From Macrostomum hystrix (taxonomy: Eukaryota; Animalia; Platyhelminthes): 64,000 nucleotides of DNA. Position 1 is the stretch's first letter. Each line of letters begins with the position of its first letter. The notes below the pieces were generated by a model. That model worked only from the letters and a program-made list of their open reading frames with translations, was not told where the DNA came from and did not search any database. Below, piece by piece: positions 1 to 15,200 of the stretch. Where the stretch lies: assembly GCA_950097015.1 (NCBI GenBank), contig CATNEN010000038.1:4526001-4590000 (forward strand), given 5' to 3'. The position numbers and the translations under genes were made by a program.

Positions 1-3000
1 ATATGCCCTCATACTTCAGTAGCTAAATATGCCCTCATACTTCAGTAGCTAAATATGCCCTCATACTTCAGTAGCTAAATATGCCCTCATACTTCAGTAG
101 CTAAATATGCCCTCATACTTCAGTAGCTAAATATCCCCTCATACTTCAGTAGCTAAATATGCCCTCATACTTCAGTAGCTAAATATGCCCTCATACTTCA
201 GTAGCTAAATATCCCCTCATACTTCAGTAGCTAAATATGCCCTCATACTTCAGTAGCTAAATATCCCCTCATACTTCAGTAGCTAAATATGCCCTCATAC
301 TTCAGTAGCTAAATATGCCCTCATACTTCAGTAGCTAAATATCCCCTCATACTTCAGTAGCTAAATATGCCCTCATACTTCAGTAGCTAAATATGCCCTC
401 ATACTTCAGTAGCTAAATATGCCCTCATACTTCAGTAGCTAAATATCCCCTCATACTTCAGTAGCTAAATATGCCCTCATACTTCAGTAGCTAAATATCC
501 CCTCATACTTCAGTAGCTAAATATGCCCTCATACTTCAGTAGCTAAATATCCCCTCATACTTCAGTAGCTAAATATGCCCTCATACTTCAGTAGCTAAAT
601 ATGCCCTCATACTTCAGTAGCTAAATATGCCCTCATACTTCAGTAGCTAAATATCCCCTCATACTTCAGTAGCTAAATATGCCCTCATACTTCAGTAGCT
701 AAATATGCCCTCATACTTCAGTAGCTAAATATGCCCTCATACTTCAGTAGCTAAATATCCCCTCATACTTCAGTAGCTAAATATGCCCTCATACTTCAGT
801 AGCTAAATATCCCCTCATACTTCAGTAGCTAAATATGCCCTCATACTTCAGTAGCTAAATATGCCCTCATACTTCAGTAGCTAAATATGCCCTCATACTT
901 CAGTAGCTAAATATCCCCTCATACTTCAGTAGCTAAATATGCCCTCATACTTCAGTAGCTAAATATCCCCTCATACTTCAGTAGCTAAATATGCCCTCAT
1001 ACTTCAGTAGCTAAATATCCCCTCATACTTCAGTAGCTAAATATGCCCTCATACTTCAGTAGCTAAATATCCCCTCATACTTCAGTAGCTAAATATGCCC
1101 TCATACTTCAGTAGCTAAATATCCCCTCATACTTCAGTAGCTAAATATGCCCTCATACTTCAGTAGCTAAATATGCCCTCATACTTCAGTAGCTAAATAT
1201 GCCCTCATACTTCAGTAGCTAAATATGCCCTCATACTTCAGTAGCTAAATATCCCCTCATACTTCAGTAGCTAAATATGCCCTCATACTTCAGTAGCTAA
1301 ATATGCCCTCATACTTCAGTAGCTAAATATCCCCTCATACTTCAGTAGCTAAATATCCCCTCATACTTCAGTAGCTAAATATGCCCTCATACTTCAGTAG
1401 CTAAATATCCCCTCATACTTCAGTAGCTAAATATGCCCTCATACTTCAGTAGCTAAATATCCCCTCATACTTCAGTAGCTAAATATGCCCTCATACTTCA
1501 GTAGCTAAATATCCCCTCATACTTCAGTAGCTAAATATGCCCTCATACTTCAGTAGCTAAATATGCCCTCATACTTCAGTAGCTAAATATGCCCTCATAC
1601 TTCAGTAGCTAAATATGCCCTCATACTTCAGTAGCTAAATATGCCCTCATACTTCAGTAGCTAAATATGCCCTCATACTTCAGTAGCTAAATATGCCCTC
1701 ATACTTCAGTAGCTAAATATGCCCTCATACTTCAGTAGCTAAATATCCCCTCATACTTCAGTAGCTAAATATGCCCTCATACTTCAGTAGCTAAATATGC
1801 CCTCATACTTCAGTAGCTAAATATGCCCTCATACTTCAGTAGCTAAATATCCCCTCATACTTCAGTAGCTAAATATGCCCTCATACTTCAGTAGCTAAAT
1901 ATGCCCTCATACTTCAGTAGCTAAATATCCCTTCATACTTCAGTAGCTAAATATCCCCTCATACTTCAGTAGCTAAATATCCCTTCATACTTCAGTAGCT
2001 AAATATCCCCTCATACTTCAGTAGCTAAATATGCCCTCATACTTCAGTAGCTAAATATGCCCTCATACTTCAGTAGCTAAATATGCCCTCATACTTCAGT
2101 AGCTAAATATGCCCTCATACTTCAGTAGCTAAATATGCCCTCATACTTCAGTAGCTAAATATCCCCTCATACTTCAGTAGCTAAATATGCCCTCATACTT
2201 CAGTAGCTAAATATGCCCTCATACTTCAGTAGCTAAATATCCCCTCATACTTCAGTAGCTAAATATGCCCTCATACTTCAGTAGCTAAATATCCCCTCAT
2301 ACTTCAGTAGCTAAATATCCCCTCATACTTCAGTAGCTAAATATGCCCTCATACTTCAGTAGCTAAATATGCCCTCATACTTCAGTAGCTAAATATCCCT
2401 TCATACTTCAGTAGCTAAATATCCCCTCATACTTCAGTAGCTAAATATCCCTTCATACTTCAGTAGCTAAATATCCCCTCATACTTCAGTAGCTAAATAT
2501 GCCCTCATACTTCAGTAGCTAAATATGCCCTCATACTTCAGTAGCTAAATATGCCCTCATACTTCAGTAGCTAAATATGCCCTCATACTTCAGTAGCTAA
2601 ATATCCCCTCATACTTCAGTAGCTAAATATGCCCTCATACTTCAGTAGCTAAATATGCCCTCATACTTCAGTAGCTAAATATCCCCTCATACTTCAGTAG
2701 CTAAATATGCCCTCATACTTCAGTAGCTAAATATGCCCTCATACTTCAGTAGCTAAATATCCCCTCATACTTCAGTAGCTAAATATGCCCTCATACTTCA
2801 GTAGCTAAATATGCCCTCATACTTCAGTAGCTAAATATGCCCTCATACTTCAGTAGCTAAATATGCCCTCATACTTCAGTAGCTAAATATGCCCTCATAC
2901 TTCAGTAGCTAAATATCCCCTCATACTTCAGTAGCTAAATATGCCCTCATACTTCAGTAGCTAAATATGCCCTCATACTTCAGTAGCTAAATATCCCCTC

Positions 3001-6000
3001 ATACTTCAGTAGCTAAATATGCCCTCATACTTCAGTAGCTAAATATGCCCTCATACTTCAGTAGCTAAATATGCCCTCATACTTCAGTAGCTAAATATCC
3101 CCTCATACTTCAGTAGCTAAATATGCCCTCATACTTCAGTAGCTAAATATGCCCTCATACTTCAGTAGCTAAATATGCCCTCATACTTCAGTAGCTAAAT
3201 ATCCCCTCATACTTCAGTAGCTAAATATGCCCTCATACTTCAGTAGCTAAATATCCCCTCATACTTCAGTAGCTAAATATGCCCTCATACTTCAGTAGCT
3301 AAATATCCCCTCATACTTCAGTAGCTAAATATCCGCCATACTTCAGTAGCTAAATATGCCCTCATACTTCAGTAGCTAAATATGCCCTCATACTTCAGTA
3401 GCTAAATATCCCCTCATACTTCAGTAGCTAAATATGCCCTCATACTTCAGTAGCTAAATATGCCCTCATACTTCAGTAGCTAAATATGCCCTCATACTTC
3501 AGTAGCTAAATATCCCCTCATACTTCAGTAGCTAAATATCCCCTCATACTTCAGTAGCTAAATATGCCCTCATACTTCAGTAGCTAAATATGCCCTCATA
3601 CTTCAGTAGCTAAATATCCCCTCATACTTCAGTAGCTAAATATGCCCTCATTCTTCAGTAGCTAAATATCCCCTCATACTTCAGTAGCTAAATATGCCCT
3701 CATACTTCAGTAGCTAAATATGCCCTCATACTTCAGTAGCTAAATATCCCCTCATACTTCAGTAGCTAAATATGCCCTCATACTTCAGTAGCTAAATATC
3801 CCCTCATACTTCAGTAGCTAAATATGCCCTCATACTTCAGTAGCTAAATATGCCCTCATACTTCAGTAGCTAAATATCCCCTCATACTTCAGTAGCTAAA
3901 TATCCCCTCATACTTCAGTAGCTAAATATCCCCTCATACTTCAGTAGCTAAATATGCCCTCATACTTCAGTAGCTAAATATGCCCTCATACTTCAGTAGC
4001 TAAATATGCCCTCATACTTCAGTAGCTAAATATCCCCTCATACTTCAGTAGCTAAATATGCCCTCATACTTCAGTAGCTAAATATCCCCTCATACTTCAG
4101 TAGCTAAATATGCCCTCATACTTCAGTAGCTAAATATGCCCTCATACTTCAGTAGCTAAATATGCCCTCATACTTCAGTAGCTAAATATGCCCTCATACT
4201 TCAGTAGCTAAATATCCCCTCATACTTCAGTAGCTAAATATGCCCTCATACTTCAGTAGCTAAATATCCCCTCATACTTCAGTAGCTAAATATCCCCTCA
4301 TACTTCAGTAGCTAAATATCCCCTCATACTTCAGTAGCTAAATATGCCCTCATACTTCAGTAGCTAAATATGCCCTCATACTTCAGTAGCTAAATATCCC
4401 CTCATACTTCAGTAGCTAAATATGCCCTCATACTTCAGTAGCTAAATATGCCCTCATACTTCAGTAGCTAAATATGCCCTCATACTTCAGTAGCTAAATA
4501 TCCCCTCATACTTCAGTAGCTAAATATGCCCTCATACTTCAGTAGCTAAATATCCCCTCATACTTCAGTAGCTAAATATGCCCTCATACTTCAGTAGCTA
4601 AATATCCCCTCATACTTCAGTAGCTAAATATGCCCTCATACTTCAGTAGCTAAATATGCCCTCATACTTCAGTAGCTAAATATCCCCTCATACTTCAGTA
4701 GCTAAATATGCCCTCATACTTCAGTAGCTAAATATGCCCTCATACTTCAGTAGCTAAATATGCCCTCATACTTCAGTAGCTAAATATGCCCTCATACTTC
4801 AGTAGCTAAATATGCCCTCATACTTCAGTAGCTAAATATGCCCTCATACTTCAGTAGCTAAATATGCCCTCATACTTCAGTAGCTAAATATGCCCTCATA
4901 CTTCAGTAGCTAAATATCCCCTCATACTTCAGTAGCTAAATATGCCCTCATACTTCAGTAGCTAAATATGCCCTCATACTTCAGTAGCTAAATATGCCCT
5001 CATACTTCAGTAGCTAAATATGCCCTCATACTTCAGTAGCTAAATATCCCCTCATACTTCAGTAGCTAAATATCCCCTCATACTTCAGTAGCTAAATATC
5101 CCCTCATACTTCAGTAGCTAAATATCCCCTCATACTTCAGTAGCTAAATATCCCCTCATACTTCAGTAGCTAAATATGCCCTCATACTTCAGTAGCTAAA
5201 TATGCCCTCATACTTCAGTAGCTAAATATGCCCTCATACTTCAGTAGCTAAATATCCCCTCATACTTCAGTAGCTAAATATGCCCTCATACTTCAGTAGC
5301 TAAATATCCCCTCATACTTCAGTAGCTAAATATGCCCTCATACTTCAGTAGCTAAATATCCCCTCATACTTCAGTAGCTAAATATGCCCTCATACTTCAG
5401 TAGCTAAATATCCCCTCATACTTCAGTAGCTAAATATGCCCTCATACTTCAGTAGCTAAATATGCCCTCATACTTCAGTAGCTAAATATGCCCTCATACT
5501 TCAGTAGCTAAATATCCCCTCATACTTCAGTAGCTAAATATGCCCTCATACTTCAGTAGCTAAATATGCCCTCATACTTCAGTAGCTAAATATGCCCTCA
5601 TACTTCAGTAGCTAAATATGCCCTCATACTTCAGTAGCTAAATATCCCCTCATACTTCAGTAGCTAAATATGCCCTCATACTTCAGTAGCTAAATATGCC
5701 CTCATACTTCAGTAGCTAAATATCCCCTCATACTTCAGTAGCTAAATATCCCCTCATACTTCAGTAGCTAAATATGCCCTCATACTTCAGTAGCTAAATA
5801 TCCCCTCATACTTCAGTAGCTAAATATGCCCTCATACTTCAGTAGCTAAATATCCCCTCATACTTCAGTAGCTAAATATCCCCTCATACTTCAGTAGCTA
5901 AATATGCCCTCATACTTCAGTAGCTAAATATGCCCTCATACTTCAGTAGCTAAATATCCCCTCATACTTCAGTAGCTAAATATCCCCTCATACTTCAGTA

Positions 6001-8745
6001 GCTAAATATCCCCTCATACTTCAGTAGCTAAATATGCCCTCATACTTCAGTAGCTAAATATCCCCTCATACTTCAGTAGCTAAATATGCCCTCATACTTC
6101 AGTAGCTAAATATCCCCTCATACTTCAGTAGCTAAATATGCCCTCATACTTCAGTAGCTAAATATCCCCTCATACTTCAGTAGCTAAATATGCCCTCATA
6201 CTTCAGTAGCTAAATATGCCCTCATACTTCAGTAGCTAAATATGCCCTCATACTTCAGTAGCTAAATATGCCCTCATACTTCAGTAGCTAAATATCCCCT
6301 CATACTTCAGTAGCTAAATATGCCCTCATACTTCAGTAGCTAAATATGCCCTCATACTTCAGTAGCTAAATATCCCCTCATACTTCAGTAGCTAAATATG
6401 CCCTCATACTTCAGTAGCTAAATATGCCCTCATACTTCAGTAGCTAAATATCCCCTCATACTTCAGTAGCTAAATATCCCCTCATACTTCAGTAGCTAAA
6501 TATCCCCTCATACTTCAGTAGCTAAATATGCCCTCATACTTCAGTAGCTAAATATGCCCTCATACTTCAGTAGCTAAATATGCCCTCATACTTCAGTAGC
6601 TAAATATGCCCTCATACTTCAGTAGCTAAATATGCCCTCATACTTCAGTAGCTAAATATCCCCTCATACTTCAGTAGCTAAATATCCCCTCATACTTCAG
6701 TAGCTAAATATCCCCTCATACTTCAGTAGCTAAATATCCCCTCATACTTCAGTAGCTAAATATGCCCTCATACTTCAGTAGCTAAATATGCCCTCATACT
6801 TCAGTAGCTAAATATGCCCTCATACTTCAGTAGCTAAATATCCCCTCATACTTCAGTAGCTAAATATCCCCTCATACTTCAGTAGCTAAATATGCCCTCA
6901 TACTTCAGTAGCTAAATATCCCCTCATACTTCAGTAGCTAAATATCCCCTCATACTTCAGTAGCTAAATATGCCCTCATACTTCAGTAGCTAAATATGCC
7001 CTCATACTTCAGTAGCTAAATATGCCCTCATACTTCAGTAGCTAAATATCCCCTCATACTTCAGTAGCTAAATATGCCCTCATACTTCAGTAGCTAAATA
7101 TGCCCTCATACTTCAGTAGCTAAATATGCCCTCATACTTCAGTAGCTAAATATGCCCTCATACTTCAGTAGCTAAATATGCCCTCATACTTCAGTAGCTA
7201 AATATCCCCTCATACTTCAGTAGCTAAATATGCCCTCATACTTCAGTAGCTAAATATCCCCTCATACTTCAGTAGCTAAATATGCCCTCATACTTCAGTA
7301 GCTAAATATGCCCTCATACTTCAGTAGCTAAATATCCCCTCATACTTCAGTAGCTAAATATGCCCTCATACTTCAGTAGCTAAATATCCCCTCATACTTC
7401 AGTAGCTAAATATCCCCTCATACTTCAGTAGCTAAATATGCCCTCATACTTCAGTAGCTAAATATCCCCTCATACTTCAGTAGCTAAATATGCCCTTATA
7501 CTTCAGTAGCTAAATATGCCCTCATACTTCAGTAGCTAAATATCCCCTCATACTTCAGTAGCTAAATATCCCCTCATACTTCAGTAGCTAAATATGCCCT
7601 CATACTTCAGTAGCTAAATATGCCCTCATACTTCAGTAGCTAAATATGCCCTCATACTTCAGTAGCTAAATATCCCCTCATACTTCAGTAGCTAAATATG
7701 CCCTCATACTTCAGTAGCTAAATATCCCCTCATACTTCAGTAGCTAAATATCCCCTCATACTTCAGTAGCTAAATATGCCCTCATACTTCAGTAGCTAAA
7801 TATGCCCTCATACTTCAGTAGCTAAATATCCCCTCATACTTCAGTAGCTAAATATGCCCTCATACTTCAGTAGCTAAATATCCCCTCATACTTCAGTAGC
7901 TAAATATGCCCTCATACTTCAGTAGCTAAATATGCCCTCATACTTCAGTAGCTAAATATGCCCTCATACTTCAGTAGCTAAATATGCCCTCATACTTCAG
8001 TAGCTAAATATGCCCTCATACTTCAGTAGCTAAATATGCCCTCATACTTCAGTAGCTAAATATGCCCTCATACTTCAGTAGCTAAATATCCCCTCATACT
8101 TCAGTAGCTAAATATGCCCTCATACTTCAGTAGCTAAATATGCCCTCATACTTCAGTAGCTAAATATCCCCTCATACTTCAGTAGCTAAATATGCCCTCA
8201 TACTTCAGTAGCTAAATATGCCCTCATACTTCAGTAGCTTAATATGCCCTCATACTTCAGTAGCTAAATATCCCCTCATACTTCAGTAGCTAAATATCCC
8301 CTCATACTTCAGTAGCTAAATATCCCCTCATACTTCAGTAGCTAAATATCCCCTCATACTTCAGTAGCTTAATATGCCCTCATACTTCAGTAGCTAAATA
8401 TCCCCTCATACTTCAGTAGCTTAATATGCCCTCATACTTCAGTAGCTAAATATCCCCTCATACTTCAGTAGCTAAATATGCCCTCATACTTCAGTAGCTA
8501 AATATCCCCTCATACTTCAGTAGCTAAATATGCCCTTATACTTCAGTAGCTAAATATCCCCTCATACTTCAGTAGCTAAATATCCCCTCATACTTCAGTA
8601 GCTTAATATGCCCTCATACTTCAGTAGCTAAATATCCCCTCATACTTCAGTAGCTAAATATGCCCTCATACTTCAGTAGCTAAATATCCCCTCATACTTC
8701 AGTAGCTAAATATGCCCTCATACTTCAGTAGCTAAATATGCCCTC
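1..8745. repeat. Large tandem array of a 26-bp unit ATAT(G/C)CCCTCATACTTCAGTAGCTAA, ~336 copies, continues beyond the window start
   Basis: Period of 26 read directly (same phase at 1, 781, 1561, 2341); nearly invariant except for one G/C site. Confidence 0.99.
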
Positions 8746-8863
8746 TTCCCCTCATAATATCCCCTCAAGTTTGAGTCGCTAAGAAATTATACTGATTAGT
8801 AATGTTTGTTTAATTTTGTGAAACTTTAATTCCTTGAGTCTTCAATGCTTCAATTTCAGCACA

Positions 8864-11627
8864 ATGACCATTGGCGCTTGCTTCTTCGGCTTCGGCAGAA
8901 AAAAGAAGAATGCTCAAAAGTGAGTTGTTTTTTTCTTCCTTTAAAAATAACGTAATATCCTGTTTGCCCTACTCACAAGTAGCAAGAATAAAATCAAATT
9001 GCCTAAACCTATTCCAATGCTTTCAGAGAGATAACCCTGGCCATCTTCGGTATTGACAACGCCGGCAAGACCACTACAACTAAGAGTATTCGGGGGGAGT
9101 CGCTCGAAGTCTGCCCAACAATGGGCTTCAACCTGATTGAATTCAGTCTAGACAGCTACAATGTGTCCATGTATGACATTGGTGGTAGCAGCAATTTGCG
9201 CAGCATTTGGAACAATTACTTCAGCGAAATTCACGGCTTGGTTTACGTAGTTGACTCCTGCGACACTGACAGGCTGGATGAGACCAGGTCCTCCCTGGCT
9301 GCCCTGCTGCAGAATGAACTCATTCAGGGCAAGCCTGTGCTGCTGCTGGCCAATAAGCAGGACTCAACTGAGGCCATGGACGAGGCTGAGATTGTGTCAT
9401 CTCTGCGACTGTCCGAGCTGGCCTGCGCTAACCGATGCCCGTGCCGCCTGGAGCGATCGGTCAGCGGGGAAATATGGGATTAGGAAGTCTACCTGAGGAT
9501 GGGATTGGGAAGTTTTACCTGAGGATGGGATTGGGAAGTCTTACCTGAGGATAGGATTGGGAAGATTAACTAAGGATGGGATTGGGAAGTCTTACCTGAG
9601 GATGGGATTGGGAAGATTAACTAAGGATGGGATTGGAAGTCTTACCTGAGGATGGGATTGGGAAGATTAACTAAGGATGGGATTTGGAAGTCTTACCTGA
9701 GGTTGGGATTGGGAAGTCTACCTGAGGATAGGATTGGGAAGATTAACTAAGGATGGGATTGGGAAGTCTACCTGAGGATGGGATTGGGAAGATTACCCGA
9801 GGATTGGAATGGAAAGATTACCCGAGGATTGGAATGGGAAGATTACCCGAGGATTGGAATGGGAAGATTACCCGAGGATTGGAATGGGAAGATTACCCGA
9901 GGATTGGAATGGGAAGATTACCCGAGGATTGGAATGGGAAGATTACCCGAGGATTGGAATGGGAAGATTACCCGAGGATGGGATTGGGAAGATTAACCGG
10001 GGATGGGAATGAAAAAATTATCTGAGGCTGGGAATGAAAAGATAGCGTCTAATCGTGAGATGAGTAATAACCTAACAACCTGCGCCGCCCACAACCTCAA
10101 GGTGGCCAACATCGGCACAGGCGCCAAGATGGACAAGGGCATCAAGACTGGGCTGCGCTGGCTGCTGCAGTACATCAGCTTGAACTGGGCCGACCTGGAC
10201 GCCAGGGTTCAGCGGGACAAAGCCGCCAAGGCTGCCGCCGACGCCGAAGAGGCCGCCGCACGCAAAGAGCGCGTTCGACGACGACGCGAAGAGCGGGAGA
10301 AACAGGAGGCTGCCGAAGCTGCCGCCGCAGCCGCTAACGACGGTGGCCAGCCCGAAGGTGGCACCTCAGCCGACGCTAAGGTTGATGGGGCTGACGGCGG
10401 CGATGATTTGCTGGGTGGAAAGGCTTCGAGGCGGGCTGCTAGGCGACGTCAGGTTTGTAGATTGTCAGTTTCACCTGTGGCACCTGTATCACCTGCGACT
10501 GTCTGCTCCCTGTCAGCCCGTGTCCCATGTGTCACCTGTGCGCCTGTGTCTTACCTGTGTCTTACCTGTCTTACCTGTGTCTTACCTGACTTACCTGTGT
10601 TTTACCTGTGTCTTACCTGACTTACCTGTGTTTTACCTTGTGTCGCCTCTGTCACCTGTCACTCGTTAGTGCCCTCACTGTCTTACATCTTAGCTCTCAT
10701 CCAGCCCGGCACACAATACCCTCAGGTCGACTCGGCCGAGACCCGAGACAATGAGTTAAAAAAACATCTGTCCGACGTCGAGAACGAACAACGCGACAGC
10801 AGCAATCAGCGTCGAAATCGTCGACAAAGGCGAAGCAGCAGCGGCGGCGACGCTCAACGGAAAAGTGTCGAAGTTGAAGGGGGCGACAGCGACAATGAGG
10901 CTGGCGTTGAAAATGAAGGCGACGCTAGCGAGCGCCGGCGCAGGTCTCGACGGCATCAACGTAGAGAGCGGGGCGACTCAATCGAAGGTGCCTGCAACAC
11001 CAACGAGGGTGAAGCTGTCGCGGAGGTCGAGGCCGACGACAAATCGACTCATTCAAGTGGTCACAGCGATCGCAAATCGAAAAATTCTGGCAAGACCGGA
11101 CGCAGGCATCGTCGTCTAGTTCCAGTCGACGGTGACTTCGAAGGCGACGGCAACGCAGCGACGTCGGTGTCGACTCCGACCAGCCTGTTTGAAATCGGCA
11201 ATAGCAGTAGCAAACGCGGTGGTAAGATCACGTGACAAACTTACAGCATATACGATGCGCACTTCCCTACGTCTTTAAGTAGAATGCAACGATTCTGCAA
11301 TGCGGGGAAAACTGCAAACAATAAAAATGGACTCAAACGGCCCTTTTTAGGCGCATTAGTTCACATCGGCTCATTAGGCTCATTTGACACATCCTGACAA
11401 ATTTAGCTGTATATGCGATGCGTACTACCCTGTTCTTTAAGAGGAGTGAAGATTCAGCAACGCGGAACAAAGTTAAAAACAAAGTAAACGTAAAAATACC
11501 GTGTAAAACGCCCCTTTTTAGGCGCGCCAGTTAACTCGCCCAATGCATTCTCTGAATTTCAGGCCTGCCGCCACTGCGCGGTGCGCATCATCAGCCCAAT
11601 ACTGACGAAGTGGATCCTCTAACCTGA
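8864..11627 (+). CDS. ARL13B: ADP-ribosylation factor-like 13B (ciliary GTPase); exons 8864-8919, 9027-9459, 10102-10452, 10726-11221, 11563-11627
   Basis: Spliced translation MTIGACFFGFGRKKKNAQKEITLAIFGIDNAGKTT...PTMGF...DIGGSSNLRSIW...LANKQD...DKGIKTGLRWLL plus coiled coil (RKERVRRRREERE). It lacks the switch-II Gln and has an N-terminal Cys, as in ARL13. All junctions are GT-AG and in frame. Confidence 0.9.
9476..10030. repeat. Minisatellite, ~25-27 bp (GGGATTGGGAAGTCTTACCTGAGGAT grading into GGATTGGAATGGGAAGATTACCCGA), in ARL13B intron 2
   Basis: Direct reading; starts ~16 nt after the donor at 9460. Confidence 0.95.
10470..10660. repeat. Degenerate short-unit repeat (TTACCTGTG/TCTTACCTG) in ARL13B intron 3
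   Basis: Repeated ACCTG-containing 9-11-mers. Confidence 0.85.
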
Positions 11628-12246
11628 CATTAGCTGTGTTTTTGTTGCCGGGTTAATCAACTGATAAACAGCATGATACGCTTTTCTCTACTTTTTTGTT
11701 CTTGCACTTCAGACTGTGATATGTGCATCGTTGAATTGTTTTATAAAACTGGGACACAATTGAAATAATTCTGAAGTTTTTTATTATATTTTTGCAATTT
11801 TTAATACGTCACTTTCCTGTTGAATCCGTCCGTTTTAATATCTTAGAAACATTTCTATAAACTATTTGTATATTCTCTAAAAAATCGTATATTTTTTGTC
11901 ATGAAGAAATTAAGTGAAAATAAAAAAACTACTTTTGTGCACTTACTACTTACTACTTACAGTAGTTTGGAGCTGTGATCGTGTGTTTCTATTATTTTTT
12001 ATTTCGTTAAACTTTTTACAGTGGGAGTAACCAGTTATCTTGCAGCCTATATTAGGCCACTTTATAAAGACTCAGAGAGTGAATCAGTGATGAGTAAAAA
12101 GTTCTACATTTCCTGTTTCTCCTCCTCCTAGTTTACGAACTCAAATATTAACCATATTTCAGAATTTCTAATTATTTCACAACTGCTAGTGCTTTAAATC
12201 TTGTGCCAAACAGCCGAACAGCAAAATAATAAATAACTCGCACCCT

Positions 12247-15200
12247 ATGGACGTCCTGGACACCGCTGGCATTGCATCGGCTGATGACGCCGAGACGACT
12301 CCGTCTGGTGCGGTCGGCTCCGATCGTGAAGCCAAACAATTCAGCTCCAGCGACAGCGACAGCGGCCTTAGCGACGATGCCGACGGTCCGCCTGGAAGCG
12401 GCAGTGACGATCACTCCGCATCTGGCGTCGCCTTTGCCGGTTCTGACGCCGCCGCCGCCGCTGACACGCAGTCCGGCGACGAAGGCGCTGCTGGAACCGC
12501 GGCCGCCGCGCCAGCACAGGATCTCGAGTTTGTCTATGCCGACGCAGACGAATACTCTGTGGAGATTGCCGAACTGTACACCTACACTGAGGAGGCCGAC
12601 CTTCGGGCAAACCAGGTCGCATTCGAGCAGCTATTTGATGAGCTGCACTTCAATAGGTTAGTCCGGTCATGTAAACCTGAGACGCAGTGGCGTAAAGAAG
12701 GCTTGGAGTCTTGTCGATAACTTACGCCCGTGAGGGTCTTAACGCACAGTGAGAGTGTACACTGCCTGATGATACACTCACCTGTGTGCCTGTGTGTGGT
12801 CATCCGTGTGCCTGTGTGTGCTTAAGGGTCAGTGGAATAATAGACAGTATTGCCTGCTGGCCAGCTGTGGATCTACTGTCATATAATGAGGTTACATTAC
12901 CTTTTGACCTTGCCAATAATAAAAGTGGTTATACTAGAAACGCGGCGTTTCTTAAAGCTATGTACAGCTATTTAGTCCGTGGACTGGGGAGCCGTCACAG
13001 CCAAACCCCACGGTGAATCCGTGTGAATGAAATTTGTGAGTCCCTACGTCCTTCCCGTCGTGTCCCCTGGGTACAATATTCTTCATAAAATGCTCAATTT
13101 ACAGGCAGCAGCAGCAGCAGCCGCCAGCGGGCAGCGGGCATCGCTGGACTAAACTGGACGATCCTGGTCGACGGGCGATCATCGAGCGCCTATTGAACCT
13201 CCTTGATCTAGGCGGCGGTGGCGGATCCGACGACAGGCGTCGCCGACTGGCCGCTGTTCGCGCCCTGCTGTACATCGCCCAGGGAAACTGGGGCGAATGC
13301 GACCTGGAAGAAGATCAGCTCCGTTGGACCTTGCACAATGCCCACCTGCTGCTGGTGTGCGGCGCCTACCAGGCCCTCTGTCACCTGCTCTGCCTGGAGA
13401 TTGACGCTCCGATGGCTTCAGCTGCCGCCGCCTCAGGAGCTTCTGGACCAGCTTCTGGGGCGGCTGCTGCTGCGGCTCCTGGTGAGTTAATGCACTGCGA
13501 TTCCCCAGTGATTGGGAGTTCGATTCTTCTATCTATGTCTATCTATATTTGATTAATTTGACCCGTCTCCTTGCCCAGTTGGCGGTTTCCCAATAAAAAA
13601 ATCATCAGCCGGCGGTGCCGGCGTAGGCGGCGGAGGTGGCATCACGTTGAACGACTCAACTGAGCTGCGCCTCATACTCAGCCTGCTGTACATCCTGGTT
13701 GAGACCGCGCGCTGTTTTCCGCATGGCGATCACGCCGAAGGATGGGTTAAAGCTAGGGAGCAGCTGATTCAGGAGCTCCAGGTAGTTAACTAATCATCTT
13801 GATCAGATTATACCTCATTGGTTACCTCACTTACCTGCTATAAACCATCATCGTCTCTTCACTGATCACCTGTTATAATCAACACTCCGACTATAAATGA
13901 GTCTTATCAGTTAACAAACAAGCCCTCTAATTATAAATGAGTCACCTGTTATCAGTTAACAAGCCCTCTAATTATAAATGAGTCACCTGTTATCAGTTAA
14001 CAAACAAGCCCTCTAATTATAAATGAGTCACCTGTTATCAGTTAACAAGCCCTCTAATTATAAATGAGTCACCTGTTATCAGTTAACAAGCCCTCTAATT
14101 ATAAATGAGTCACCTGTTATCAGTTAACAAACCCTCTGGTTATAAATGGGTCACCTGTTATCAGTTAACAAGCCCTCTAATTATAAATGAGTCACCTGTT
14201 ATCAGTTAACAAGCCCTCTAGTTATAAATGAGTCACCTGTTATCAGTTAACAAACCCTCTGGTTATAAATGAGTCACCTGTTATCAGTTAACAAGCCCTC
14301 TGACTTTGAATGAGTCAACTGTTATCAGTTAACAAACCCTCTAATTATAAATGGGTCACCTGTTATCAGTTAACAAGCCCTCTGACATTTAGGAGCCCAT
14401 TGTCGGCGAAGAGTGCCTGGCCATCCTATTGTTCAACATGGTGACAAAGTTCTGCAGCAGCTCAGCTCCGCACTATCCTATGCGCAAAGTGCTGCTATTG
14501 TTGTGGAAGGTTGTCCTGCTGACGCTAGGGCCCCTGCCTGAGCTGCACAAGCGCAAGAATGAACTCCGTCAGCGTCACGGCCTGCCGCCTGTGACAGAGG
14601 AAACCGCTGCTGTCTGCGCCAGAATGCGCGCGTCCAGTCCGCCTCTTTCGGCGGCTGACATGTTCGACCAAATGCCCAGGCGTAGGACTAGCAGGAAGTC
14701 CATGGCACCTAAGGATCCCGGTTCGTGTTGTCTATTTGTTTGCTAAAATATTTCAGTGCCTAATCAACAATAAAGCAGTAATGATGTTACTGCTTTAACC
14801 TGTATTTGCATTTGAGCACAAAAAGTTTTCCAAAACGGCCCTTCTTAGGACAATGCAACTAATTCACTAAAACGGCCCTATTTAGGTCTAACTAATAAAT
14901 TAACTAAAACGGACCTATTGTGCGCCCATGTATTTTTCTAATCTGCGATGCTACCTCCAAAAATAAAAAAATGCTATTCTGCGTAACTGTTTTGCTGTGT
15001 AACGCATTAAAATAATGCCCCTTTAAACTTACTTTTTTGCTTTTAGTACAAATATTCGGGCCATAAACGATCCTTTTAAAGTCGTTGCAGTGTCTCGGTT
15101 ACCAAACACAGTCTGTGAATAAATTATATTTTTGATGGTCACACACGCAAAATGTTGCGCGTAAATTGGACACGGCAACGTATATTCCTTACCTATAAGG

